A DNA stretch of 63,863 nt, filler included, from Bipalium vagum (lineage: Eukaryota): NCBI GenBank assembly GCA_037834085.1. It is 3 parts of 3 records of this genome, joined end to end, with 100 filler letters (N's around TTAATTAATTAA, not from the genome) between each part and the next. Parts side by side here need not be neighbours in the genome. Positions count along the whole stretch, not along the records: positions 21,498 to 48,214 come from JBBMKC010123114.1; 2 more parts are not named here. The stretch is one strand, 5' to 3'. Position numbers and translations under genes: made by a program. Positions 26,721 to 40,450 of the stretch are shown piece after piece; the first letter of the stretch is position 1, and the number at the start of each line of letters is the position of its first letter. The notes under the pieces are model-generated. The model did not search any database and was not told the DNA's origin. It saw only the letters and a program-made list of their open reading frames with translations.

Positions 26721-27699
26721 ATGTCTACTTTGGATTAGAAAGGGAAAACAAATAAAAACATCTTTTATTAAGGCATTTTCAAAGCTAGTACATAATGATA
26801 TGGTTCCCGAAGAAATTCAAAATACTAAAAATTATTTATTTTCGTACCAAGTAAGTGAATAAGATTTCTTTCATAAGCGTTCCTTTATTCAGAAATTACA
26901 AATATTATAAAACATTTTTGTTACACAAATAAATTATCGCCAAATCAATCCAGATATTAAATAATCGATTTGAGATTAATATTTATTTGAATAAAATTTG
27001 CATTTGAATTTGGTAGTTGACAGCAATGCAAAACGTATTCCACAATCGAATACTTTTAATGAATGGCGCTTAATTTGGTTATTTCATTTTTATTTTCGTT
27101 CGTAAAGGCACTTATTAGCTTCAAAACAACTTAATATCTTGAGTTAAAAAGATTTATCTAAATTTTTATTATTTTTACAAATAATAAAAGTAAAATATAT
27201 CAGAAAATATTTTAGTTATTTCTTATTATTAAGTATCTCATGGTTCCGAATCACTGATTATATATCTTTTTGAGTATTTCTAACTTTCTTTTCAAGAAAT
27301 GAGAATCAATTTGAAATTAATAAAAATTAAATTTCCCATTTCGTCAAACGTATTTAAACATTTTCCAATTAATGAATTATAAATTCCAACAGTCTACCTA
27401 TTCTCCTCAAACAATTGGATGGTAATTCAATGAAAGAGATACAACAAATTATTGAGTATTTATACTGTAAAGCGTCCAATTAAAATTCAACAGATTATTG
27501 GATCATTAATTAAAACAATTTTTGATTAATATATCTGATTATGAAAAATATATAGTCTTATTATATTTGTAAAATTTTTAGACTTACTGTTCAAGGATCA
27601 ATTGAGCTGATATTCTGGTATTGGTTTTTATGGCCTAAAATATTGTTAAAAATAATTTTATACTTCATTTCCCTTTTTAAATATTTATATCATGGTAAA

Positions 27700-28512
27700 T
27701 CATAAGTGAAGGTCACACTAATCTGTGGAATGATCCACGCCCCGGTTGACCTAGAACCGTATAATCCAAGACTGTACTCTAAGCAGTTGACAATGATCCA
27801 TCAACCAACAGTCGTATTTTGTCACATGAGTTAAGTATTCCTCGAAAAAATCATAGTCCGTCACCTATATTAACTTTGGAAAGTTAGCCGAAGCTGTCGA
27901 GAAGTCCCTCATATGAATCAATCAGAACATCATATATGAGAAACTAATTGAAAATCCATGGGACGAAAGTTTCTTTCGTAGAATGAAAATTGTATTTATT
28001 TCCACAATGCTGACAATAGAAACGAAGGTTATTCCCAGTTCGAATTTGTTCAAAACAAAGAGGTCATAAATGCGGATTTATACTGTGGTCAGCGTGAACA
28101 AATGTATCCGTTTTTTATAAAAATTATCCTTCAATTATATCCAAAACAATTCAAAACCACGTGCGGTCAGAGAGATGATGGTACAAATATGAAAACTGAA
28201 TGGAATCGACCACATCTAGCTTACAGCCCAGATCTTGTGCCATCTGACTATAACCTTTTGCTGTCAATGGTACATTTTCTGCAAGGACATACCTTAAATA
28301 ATCTAGACAATGTCAAAAATGGATGCTAGAGGTTTTTCAATTTCAAAATCAACGCTTGGTACAGACATAGAATAGAACAACTTGCTAATAGATGGTTTCA
28401 GACAATTGAATGAAACGAAATTTATTTTGAAACTTGATTTTCATTTTGTTTTCCTTAAATATGTCTCAGTTTTTGCTATAAAAACTCACAAAGTTTTTGT
28501 TTACCCAAATAT
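27700..28512 (+). mobile_element. Decayed mariner (CREVPH-type linker)
   Basis: GHTNLWNDPR, DNDPSTNSRILSHEL, SRSCREVPH, HLAYSPDLVPSDYNLLLSMVHFLQG...EQLANRWFQTIE. Confidence 0.87.
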
Positions 28513-29899
28513 TTACAAATTGTTAAATGGGAATCAATTATTTTATCAGTTAACGTATTTTTGAAGAATGGAACTCATTGGTTGATTAAAAATAATAATT
28601 GTAGTGTATTTTAGTAAAAACTAGCGAAGAATTGTTTTGTTGTAAAAATTGTTTTGTTTTAATTAATTAATTATTAGGTCATTTTCAATCTAGATATGAA
28701 TAAAATATAATAAAAATTATCTGAGTAGCTATTGGAGATTAGAAAAGAGATTTACTTTAGAAAAGTCTTCGGAACAATATTTAGGAAAATTTAGGCCTTA
28801 AAAGATGTTTTACATAATTAAAGAATTTAATACAATGTGTCTGTCCAACTTTACTAATTGTCCAGTTCAGAATTTTTTTAAACCATTGAAACAAAATAAT
28901 CTGTCTATAATGCGTAGCCATTTTTCCGAGAAAACAATTATCCAATGAATTTTAATCTAAAATTATCTTTTGATCTGATTTCTAAAATGGTAAAAAGAAC
29001 CTTTAGAAACGTGAGCAGTGAGATTAATAATTCTTTTTCATTTTTTTTTGTAAATTAAATCTATATTTCAAGAAATAAATTCTGAACTCGAAATATCGAG
29101 TTGATATACGATTCTTAGAATCTGTGAATTCTAAGAGGCTCTGCAATTTTCTCTGCAACCTCACTGCCTTTTCTTCTTAGGAATGAGAGATATCAGATTT
29201 TGACAATGTTAAATGATACTTAAAGCCTCGCATCAGTCAATTGTATAGGAATGAAATGACAGATTTGAGAATTCTGTCTGCAACATGATTTAGGAATGAA
29301 ATTTCGGATAATTATGCCTCGAAATTAAATTTTATTCAAGTATTACTAATAAGATAAACAAAATAATGAAAGATAAATAAATAAAACAGAAATAAATATC
29401 GCTCATAAATTCAAATTCGATGAAGAAGGAATCAGAAACGCTTGTAGAAGTTATTAATTTTACGACTTTGTTTTTATTATTAAGCAGTTTTGATAATAAT
29501 AATTAAAGGCAAAGAGGTCAAAGACAAACGATATATCCCCCACCTCCTTCAAATGAACAAGAGAAACGGATATCATTATGATTTATAGAAATTCAGGAAC
29601 GATTATTCATTGGAGAATATTCTATATCTATATAATATTTGATTATTAAAATAATAATATTACGTTAGTCAAATTACGTTTTAATTAAATAAATAAATAA
29701 AAATAAAATAATTAACTTAAAGTAAAACAATTAAAGAAAAATTTAAAATGATTTTCAAAATCCACTGGTTGAGTAAAACAATTATTTGTTGGACATTAAC
29801 TTACTGAGATTTAATTCTCTACAAAAATCATTGAATGTTTCTTAAAGATCATTTAAATTCACCAATTTTTGTTTTTTCATAATCTGATTAATTTTCACT

Positions 29900-30310
29900 G
29901 TCCCCGTTAAATGATTGTAAATCTGGACTAAAATGTATTTCTGGACGATCAGCTATATCTGGTAAATCTTATTTAGGAATTTGACAGCTTCCACAGTCAA
30001 AGTAGTTGGCTTTATGTTTGAAAGAGGGTTTCTGAATGGCACAGATATAACATGTTCCATATTGGTGACTTGAGCTGGTAGTCCAAATTGCAAGAAAACG
30101 AAATGGAAACGTCTTTGTACTATCTTTCTTATAGCGATATAGATTCCTATGACATAACTGCGTAAAGAAATAATGGCATGAATTCCTTGTCGACATCATA
30201 ACAACTCATCTTGAAATAAGTCCAATAGATTTCTCGAAATACCTTACTGAATTTTTGCCTCGACCCATAAATAAATTTCTCACATATAAATCTGTGTGGG
30301 TGAATTTCAC
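29900..30310 (-). mobile_element. Chapaev-like (CMC superfamily) transposase N-terminal remnant
   Basis: HPHRFICEKF...YWTYF...DVDKEFMP...CHRNL, PFRFLAIW...H...CYIC, DLPDIADRP..H; resembles the Chapaev Cys/His-rich N-terminus. Confidence 0.5.
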
Positions 30311-31529
30311 TCCACCTCTGTCAATTATCAAAAAAAAATTTAAATTACGCTTGTTTTTAATTGAAATAAGTCGATAAAAAAATGGATTTGTGTAATCTTA
30401 TTTAAAAATTTAATTTTACTTCAAATATCAATAACTTTACAACTGCGCGACAGAATTCAAAAAAAGTTTGGATCTGTAAATAACTTAACATAATTGATTA
30501 AATACTGTTAAAATTTTACTTGTGTAAATTTCTTGTCATACCAGTGTCATTAATTAAGTTACACAAATTTATTATCAATTAAATTATTGGAAATAAAAGT
30601 TTAGGTTATAATATAAATAATGTGAATATAAAAATGAATATAATTTTCTTGTATCATAGATATTCCAACCTCTTAAATTTTATTGATTTTATAACAATTA
30701 GAACATCATTATTTTCTTTCTTAAACATGCTTGTATAAAAATTTCTGTGATTTCCTGAATAAAATATAATTTTGCAAAATTACATAATCGATTATTCTTT
30801 ATATATACTTCATTTAAATCTCTGTAATAAATTCTATTGTTTTCGTCTTAAGTCACAGTTACCGTTGAAACAAATAAATTAGTTGAGGAAATAAGAATAT
30901 AATTTTTATATATTTAAACAAACGTATTATATTATTATATATAACAGCATTAAAAATTTTCTCCAATCCGATATTTATTCTCCACCATTAGCGTAAATTA
31001 ATAATTTACTAATTATATTATTTTATTTTATTAAACATTATTTTATAAATATTAATGGAGTTTATAATTTATATTTATAAAAAAAAATTCCCTAAGGGGA
31101 AAATGGATATCCTATAAAGGTTTTAGGAAGAACATATACTGAAGCTTAAAAAATTATATATCCGTAATTTATTTTATAATAAATAATAATTAGTTAATAT
31201 TTTATTTAAGAATACATTAAAGGATCTGAGTGTCTGATATAAGTAAGAGTCCACCGTACGATCGTGATAAAACTCAAAAGTCTGATGGATGTAAGTGAAC
31301 TAGTAAAATGAATTTTGAAAAGTTTTTTAAAGTTATAAGTTAAGCATGTCTATATTATTTATACCGAGATCTGTCGTTAATATTTTATATTAGCCACAAG
31401 AAGCTTTAGACATTCAGACTAAGGTTTTCATATTTTGCGTTTCTCTAATAATAATAATATATCTCAATTTTTTTTTAATAATGATACAACTTTATAAATC
31501 ATTTAACGTCTATTGCATATTTTCCATCT

Positions 31530-31652
31530 AGCAGATCTGTCCGTTAAAGTGAAACATTTTTAATTTGCTAGAAAATCGATCGGATCTGTTTTGTCCGTTA
31601 TTGAGAGTGTGTCCGCTTAGTTGAGTGACTCTTAAACGAGTTCTGATTGTAT
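31530..31652. mobile_element. Tigger/pogo-type MITE end
   Basis: Repeated gtccgtt/gtccgctt subterminal motifs ending in aaacgagttctgattgta. Confidence 0.4.
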
Positions 31653-32999
31653 ATTGTAATTTTTCTTATATGTTACTGTCTGGAATTTGAACAAATAATA
31701 AATTGGATATCCAAATAATATTTATTTTATGTTTTAAATATTTCAAAAGATCGTCATTGTTTTATGATCAGTGATAAAATTAAATTTGAGACGTCAATAT
31801 CCTTAAGAAATAAAAGGGTAGTAATACGGAACTCTTTCAATATTTACATTTTTACATTAATTTACAATATTACATCCAATCAAAAGTCTATTCTCAGTTA
31901 ATATTATAACAAAACTGTTTTTTTTCAAACAAAAACTTTAATTATAGTAAACATTTTTTAAACAAATAGAAAATAGTTTTACCTTTCAAATATTGATATA
32001 ATTTTAGATTAATAAAACAATTTTAGTCTGATTTTTGTTTTAATCTAAACGAAAGAAAAAATTGTTTTAAAATAAAAAAATTATAATCTCACAAATTATT
32101 TCTGAAAATTTTTTAATAAAATTATCTGAAAAACTAAGTGATACATGTTAAAAAGAGGAAGTTGAATTATTATCATCACGACAAATATGGGAAGTTATTA
32201 AATTCTGTCGACTTCTTCTCAAGGTTTCAATTTATACGTAAGCTTTGCACACGATTATTTATAATTTATAATGAAGGAGCTACAGGACTCCGTGTTCTGT
32301 TGACAAAGTCAATTATAGTCTCTTTGGATCATATATCAACGTTTATCAAATGCTATTATTTTAAAATATTTATTTAAACATAAAAAATGAAAAATAAATA
32401 AAATATTATCAATCACAATACTTTTTGATTGAGATAACTTTATAGAGATTTTTTTTCTTTTTAATTATATATTTAAACAAAATATTTTTATAATTTATTT
32501 ATATCATTTTTTAAATATGAAACATGAATTTTAAATAAATGTAATCGATAAAAATGTGAAATATTTTATTTATTGAGTAATTAATCTTAAATAATCCTTA
32601 ATCAAAAGATTTTAATTAATCAATAAAATTATTTGTAATTCGACTGTTATGGAAAGGATGAAAGTTGTTTACCTATAAAATTAGTAATGGTTCCTTGGGA
32701 TTTATTTATATATTTTGTCCTTTACTAAATTTTTTAATATTAAATACGGATTAATAATAATAATTATTATTATATACATTTATAATTTTAACAAAAATAA
32801 ACTCTTCAAAAAACTACTCAAGCGAGATAATAGTTTATTAGAATATCAGGAAGGGTTCCTAACGACTAAATTATCATTTTTATAAGCACCAAGATAATAA
32901 AGAAATAGGTGTCTACCTATTATCTAATTATTTATTTTACTTCCTGAATTAATTCTAAAATTTAATGGTACTAAGTGAAATATTTTCGTTTATTTATAA

Positions 33000-33990
33000 T
33001 ATATTTAAATCAATAAAAATGTTTTGAAAATTCATTATCGGACTGGACAACTTGTGTCTATATCTTGGATATTGCTTCAATGCTTTTGCGATAAAATTGA
33101 GGTTTCTTCTAGTTGAAAGAAGAGAAAATGGATTCTTTAATGTTTATTTTCATTTTGAAACTCCTGTATCTTTAAATAATTTTAACAAGTTCGAAAATAG
33201 TGATAATCCGGTGGAGCGATTTCAGCAAGATATAATGGGTTTGCTAAGACCTTCCATCCGAGTGTGTGTATCTTTTCCTTATTCAATTGACTAGCATGTC
33301 GTTTTACATTGTAGTAATAAAACCTTTTCTGTTTCTTAAAACAGACCTGATATTTTGACTGAGTCTCTCTAATTGTTGAGAATCGGGTCCAAGACTTATA
33401 GATTGTTATTTTCCGACGGTTCCCAATACACAATGTCATGTATATTGCACTAAACAGTCATAAAACACCTTTTAAGATTCTATACCTGATTTTGCAGTGA
33501 AAAGCTGTTCTTGGTTGGGATTGAACGATTGTTTGTATTTTTTGTTGTTGACGTAGAGAGTCAATGTCTCATCTCCCGTTAACAATCGATGATGAAATGA
33601 ATCAATTTGTAATCTTTATTGAATCTTGTTTGTCAATGTGTACAGGATCCAAAAACCCAGTTTACTGATCTTACCAATTCTTTCTAAATGAATGCAAATA
33701 ATTTTTGATATCAACAATATGTTTGGCAAAATTATATATGGTTTGATGGGGATTTAATTCGATGCCTGATGGCAACATTTCATCATCCACTTCAGTTGGG
33801 TCCAAATGTTCTCCAAATCAAAATTACGTTCTCTGAATTTTTAAATAAATTCTGGCATTGTAGATCAATATTTGCATCTGGCTTAATTGCGAAAATTTTT
33901 TAGTAGCAGCTGTTTCGTTGAAACTACTCTAACGCTGTAAGAACATACAATGTCGAATATATACACATTTGTCCAATTCACAATTCTAGA
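33000..33990 (-). mobile_element. Near full-length decayed mariner
   Basis: YIRHCM, RNFDLE, TEVDDE, and NVKRHASQLNKEKIHTLGWKVLANPLYLAEIAPPDYHYFR. Confidence 0.87.
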
Positions 33991-36900
33991 CAAGAAGTTT
34001 AAATAAGTTAAAATAAATTTACAGACTTTTATAAATTCAGAAACAAATTCAAATAATTGAAGATTATTAGTGTATTAATTAATCAAATTTACAAATATGA
34101 TACTAAAATACACAATTAGGTATTTCTTAACCTGATAAAATTTTGAAACATTTCTCAAAACGAGGACACTCAATAACAACTCGATAGTCTATTTCATCCA
34201 CTATGGATTCTCAAAATTAGCGCTAGATAAATAATTGATCAATCAAAACAAATAATATATTATATTTACTTACATAGTGTTAGATATTAAAATAAAAAAT
34301 AACAAAAAGTAACTTTCTGATTTCAATATTTTACTTAAACTATCTATTGGGTGTATCAGGTATTGTTGATACATTAAAACAATAATTCCACAAAAATAAA
34401 GTTTTATAGGGGAAAACATATTTTAAAATTACATTAATAATCAATTTATTATTTACTTGCTATTTCCATTTAGTTCTATATATTAAATTTTAAATGTAAG
34501 AAGTACGTGTAAAGAAAAAGAATCGAATTCTTGTTTTCCATGATTATTATTTATTTTAACTTTAATAATATTATTATTCATAAATTCAGTAATATAAAAA
34601 TAAATTTATTTTTGTTTTCTATTATTTATTACTTTTAATTTTATTATTTACCCATCGGCTTATTTCTCGATGTGAATACAAAAGGAAAAATATCTAAGTA
34701 AATTTACAGAATTATGGAAAACAGATTAATCATTAAATTAATTAATATTAGATTTTATTTAAATTATTGGGAAAAATAAATATTACCATGTTTGATTTAA
34801 TTATATTGAATAAACTCTAAACAGCTTTCTAAAACAAATGATATTTATTATTATATTAAATTAAGTAAAAAACATAAATAAATATGCTCCAACGAACATC
34901 ATAAAAATAAAATATTCATGAAAAATAAAAATATTAAATTATTATTTAATATGTAATTTTATGATGAATAAAAATATAAATTTCTATAAAATTCTAAATA
35001 AAAAAATTTCAATTTGTTGTCAATCTCAATGAAATAAAATAAAATTTAAATAAAATTAAAAATCATTTATTAATGAAATTAATTTTTTAAAATAATAACA
35101 ATAATGAAAAAACAAGAAAAATTATTTTCAAATTATATTTACAGTTTTGTTTTATTCTTTTCAAAATCGAAAATAATCAGTGAGGAAAATAATGAAAAAT
35201 TATTTTTTTTATATTGTTTCATTCAACTATAAATAATGGGTCGTCAATGATAAGAAAAAGGCAAAAAATAATATATATGAATATTACGACGGACCAGCTG
35301 AGAAATCATATGGAAAAAAAGTAATTGTTGGGAATTTCTTTGAAATTCAATGGATAAATGTTATCATAGGCTTACATTTACTGGCTTATGATGACGAAGA
35401 GAGGCTGAGGTCGAGCAGCTGACCAAGTCAGTGGTGGATAAAAAATTTCCTTGATTATCTGCATCCGATGGATATTGATGTATCATATTGGACTGTATGA
35501 CCGATCGGGGCATTGTCTAAAAATTTATTGATTATTTTTCTCACGGAAAGAGTAAACAAAAAAATTGAAGACATCCACCGTTTGAGTATCATAAATTTCC
35601 ATACTTTCAACTCAATTTATCGTAAAATCAAATTTATAGGGACAAGTCTCAATTCCATCCTTCATTCAGCCACTTTTACGAATTGGTTAAATTAAAATTA
35701 ATATTGACATTTTTAGTAAGTCAGGGAATTATTTGGCCACCCCCTCTCCGATCCGAAAAGTTCTGTCAGATTCATTTCTCAGAGAGAGAGAGAACAGAAA
35801 TTATTTTATGACTAAAACCATTTCTCATCAAAGAATATTTGGATAAGAAAATGATTAGCAGAATTAGTTAATAAAATTTTCTTTTGCAGACATTTCTGAA
35901 CTCTTAATAAATCTATTTTTAAATTTGTTTTAATCAGCGAACATTATACACAGATTTTATTTTTATTTCTCATTTTCCTGAAGACTGTACAAAATTAAAA
36001 CAAGATAAAAATCTTTAAAACAGTTTACACTGACAAAAGAATTCTGAACTCCAATTATCATCAAAATACAACAATGGTTTATTCTTATTGATAATAATCT
36101 TCTCCATTAAAACAAAAGCATTTGATTAATTACTATTAAAATAATTATTATATATTTTGTATTTATTGGGTAAAGATTCATTTATCAAAAGAAAATTTGA
36201 AATATTGACATCATGGAAAAAATAGTTTAGCTAATTAATTAATTAATATAAACTATTTTATTATTTTATTATATAAAAAATAATTAAATAATATTAATTA
36301 ATTAATAATAATTTATATTGAAATGTTTAAAAATGGGATACTCAAAAACCAAATAAAAACTGTTGTCAGAGGCTTATAAAATAATAAATATAATACATAA
36401 TAAATAATAAATAAATAATATTAATAATAAATAATATAATAAATAAAATAATATTATAAAATAAATAACATTATAAGAAGGTTAATCAGACCATGGGTAT
36501 TTTATTTAAAAATCCTATTTCTATTTATAATGTATTGGTTTGTTAATATTAGAATAAAAAAATATCAAAATTTAATTAAAAGTACATTTTTTTACAAATA
36601 TTATTAATTATTATATATATTAAGTATTAAAGATTATGTATAATAGTGTACTTATTATTAAATATTAAATATTTTATTTTTTAATTTTGATTTTTTTGTT
36701 TTATTGTATTATTAAATTTAATATTTTTGGGAATTTAATAAAATAATAATGGTAAAATTTAAGAGTATTAATAACATATTAAATTCTCATGGTTTGGTAA
36801 AATTTTTTGAAAATTAAAATTAATTACTTAATTAATTAAAATTATTGGTATCACTTAATGAATTACTATATAAAATATGACATTTTTAATGTAAGCATTA

Positions 36901-37576
36901 TATAACAAAATTTTATAAAAAACATAAATAAATCATCTTCATTTCGATAATATCTTTAGTTTTAATTTTGTAACATTGCTCAAAGTGTTAATGAAAAAAA
37001 ATAATAATCATTTTTCCTGATAAATAAGAAACAATAAACTTCATAAATAAACCTAAATTAAATTAAATTAAAATGTGAGATTAAACGATAAAGAAATTAT
37101 AGTTTTGTTTTAATAATACTCTTATGATCTCTTTTAATATATTGAACTATATTTTCTATTTGAGAATGATTTGAAGGAATAAATATAGATCATATCAAAT
37201 ATCCCCAGAGTGGTCAGGTAACTTTATATTGGCAACACCTGCTTGACTCTATTCTCATTTCTCTCTCAATCAAGGCAAATATAAATTCTAATTAAATATT
37301 ACTTTTCATAAATTAATAATAATAATCAGAGCTGATAAAGATAATAAAAAATTAATAATAAAAATTGATTATTCACAACAAAAGATTACCTATATTAACT
37401 GGTAAAGGAGCTTAGAGTTGTTAAATAATTCTAAATGGCACTGATATTTTAAAGAAATATTTTAATTAAGTAATACTTGCTCATTTTTTGGAATTGACTT
37501 CAGTAATTAATTAATTTTACATCATAAAACATGTAGTCTGAATGAAAAAGATTTCTTTCAACAATAAATCATTATA

Positions 37577-38540
37577 ATGGGGCATCGGTAAAAAAAACAG
37601 TCAGTTGATATTAGAAAAGCAATTATTAAAATAAGAAATGATGGAATTAATTTTGATCAAATCTCTACAACGTTGCATATCCAAAGTCAACTGTTCAATT
37701 CATCGTGAATAAATATTTCCGTGAAGGGACCATTTTATCTCTATCTCGGCGTAGTCGGTGAAGAAGAACAATTGTCATGGAAATTCGGATCAGCGTACTT
37801 TGACGGATGTACTCTCTATACAATTAAATATGGCAAATAATATAAATGTTTCGTCATCAACTATCAGAAACCGACTGAGAGAGATAGGCTTACACTGTCG
37901 AAGGGCCAAAATAAGTTTTCATTTCTTAGAAAAATATCAAAGAAAGGGTTAAGTGGGTCAAAAAACTTTTAAATGATCAATTGGATTGGAACACAGTTCT
38001 ATGATTTTAATGTATTTGGGATAGATGGAAAAGTTAATGAGTGGAGAACTATGAAAGAAGAAATGGTATCGTGCCTTCAACCGACATTTAAGCATGATGG
38101 TGGATCAGTCATGGTATGGGGATATTTTTCGAGTGCTGGGGCTGGGATATTACATTTAATAGATGGTATAATGAAAAAAGAAAATCTTAACATTTTGAAA
38201 GAGAAATTGATGCAAGCCGCAACTTGCTAGGGTAAATAATTTCAAGTTTCTGCATGATAGGGATCCGAAACATATGGCAAAGAATGTGACAATGTGACTC
38301 GAAGATATCGGTATTGAGGTCATGAAATAGGTTAGTCAATCACTGGACATCAATCCTATTGAGAATTTATGGGTCTAGTTGAAAAAAAACTCCGACAGAT
38401 AACCGGAAAAGAAATGTTATAACATGAGTCATAGAAGAATGGCAGAAAATTCATTTTAATTTTTGCAAAAAACATGCTCAATCAATGCATAATAGATCTC
38501 AAATAGTGCTTAATAGGAAAGGAAGATCAATTAAATATTA
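37577..38540 (+). mobile_element. Tc1 (DD34E) transposase pseudogene
   Basis: SSSTIRNRLREIGLHCRRA, PTFKHDGGSVMVWGYFSSAGAG, HDRDPKHMAK, SQSLDINPIENLW; multiple stops and frameshifts. Confidence 0.93.
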
Positions 38541-40083
38541 CATTTGCCAGATACATTTAATACTTTTTTGCTTATATGTCATAAATATAATCGTACGAAT
38601 AATTCTTGTGGTCTTAATTTCCTGAGTTGTCCAAAAATAAGTTCATAGATTTTTGAAAATATTTTTCTTATCTTTATGCTATTTGATACTTATAGGTTAA
38701 TATGCTGTAGATTTGATTATTATTAATTTAAAGAGTAAGTGTAAAGTACCTCTTTATAAATCGAAATATTTTATAATTAAATTGATCAAACGGATACTTC
38801 TTGCAGATAGGGTATATACATATTGAGATTTTTTAAATAATTAATAATTTATTACCTTTTATATATTTTATATATTTAATACAAAATTTGATTTACAATT
38901 TTTTGGAACATGTATTTACACAGATTACAAAATAAATCATTTTTCTTTGCTTAAGATGTGAAAGTATCCAAAGAAAGAAGTATTTCAAGGTCAACATACT
39001 TGGGTGGTGGAAACAATAGACGATTAGGCAAATAACAAGCCTCAATACAATTCTCTATGATCATAAAATATAGAATAACAATTGATAAAATAATAAAAAG
39101 AAAATATTAAAGAATATATTAAAGGTGATAAAAAGTAAAAGGTTGGCGAGGTTCCAGCTGTAGAGAAGACAGTAAAAACTGATATTTATATTGTGTATCG
39201 TTATTTTGAATCGATTGTTTCTGATTTCACTTTGCAAGAAACAGGTTCATTTGACAATTCTTAATGGTCCATGGATTGTTGCTTAAGTCAATATCTGAAA
39301 CATGAACATTCCTAGAGCGGTCTTCGTCCCTCATGCTTCCGGGATTGATATTAAACTGATATTATTTCGGTTTTCAGAACCTTTTCAATAGAAATTTCTT
39401 TTCTGTATGTTACAAGAATTATGTATATTTAATTATTTAATAAATTATTTTCCTTTACATTGCTTTATTACTTAGGTAAAATGAAAAAAAGTGAATAATG
39501 AATAATAATTATAATTAATCAGAAACTCTGTGAATCGGGTAATTATATTTATACATGACATAATTATAATTATATCTAAGAACAATATTAAATAAATCGA
39601 TGAGGTTTATTTAATAGGATGAATTATTATCAATTTTCCTTAAAAATATAAAGAAAAAACTTGTTAAAATTGACATTAAAAAAAATATATGGACATGACT
39701 TGTATGATTAGGCGATGCAGAACCACTTTTTCGAATGGTTCAAACCATAATGATTTTGTTAATACGGACCAGTTGCATTATACGCTCCACCTATTTTGGT
39801 TTGCTTAAAACAATTTGTTAAACCAACATTCAATCTAAAATTATATAATAACTATTTTTAGAATTTAGTTTCTTTTCTGTAGCATTATTATATTCATTAA
39901 ATATTGTAATAGTTTAAATAGTTCGCGAGATTAAGCATAAATAAAATTTTTATAATTAAGGTATCATATTCATCGTTAAACTACATTATTAATATTAATC
40001 AATTTCAAATATCAAATCAATTAGTAAAAAGTATTTGTTTTTCTACATCAATTTAAATTAATTAGTTCTGAATATTTTAGAAA

Positions 40084-40450
40084 ATGGACAACTTTAAAAT
40101 CCAAGCAGTGATCAAATATTTGGTAAAACATTAAACTACCCAAATCCTTCAAAATATGATAGAAATATTGAACAATGATAACCAACCGTTTACGATGGTC
40201 CATAAATGGGCTGAAAAGTTTTCTTGATGAAAAGCACTTTTCATTAACAGAGGGGACTCATGAACCGATAAATCATTATTTTGAAAGCCTTGACTAAAAC
40301 TACTTTCGAGAAGGCATAATAGCCTTAGAACATCATTGGCAGCAGTGCATTAATCTTATGGGAGATTATGTTGAAAAATAATGTGATTGTTGTTATAATA
40401 GAATTTGTATTTCTGTTTCTTTTTCGCGAATTTTTCAAACCACTCTCGTA
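40084..40450 (+). mobile_element. Internally deleted irritans-like mariner
   Basis: MDNFKIQAVIKYL...VHKWAEKF joined to YFESLD*NYFREGIIALEHHWQQCINLMGDYVEK*; TIR-like end aatttttcaaaccactctcgta. Confidence 0.82.
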
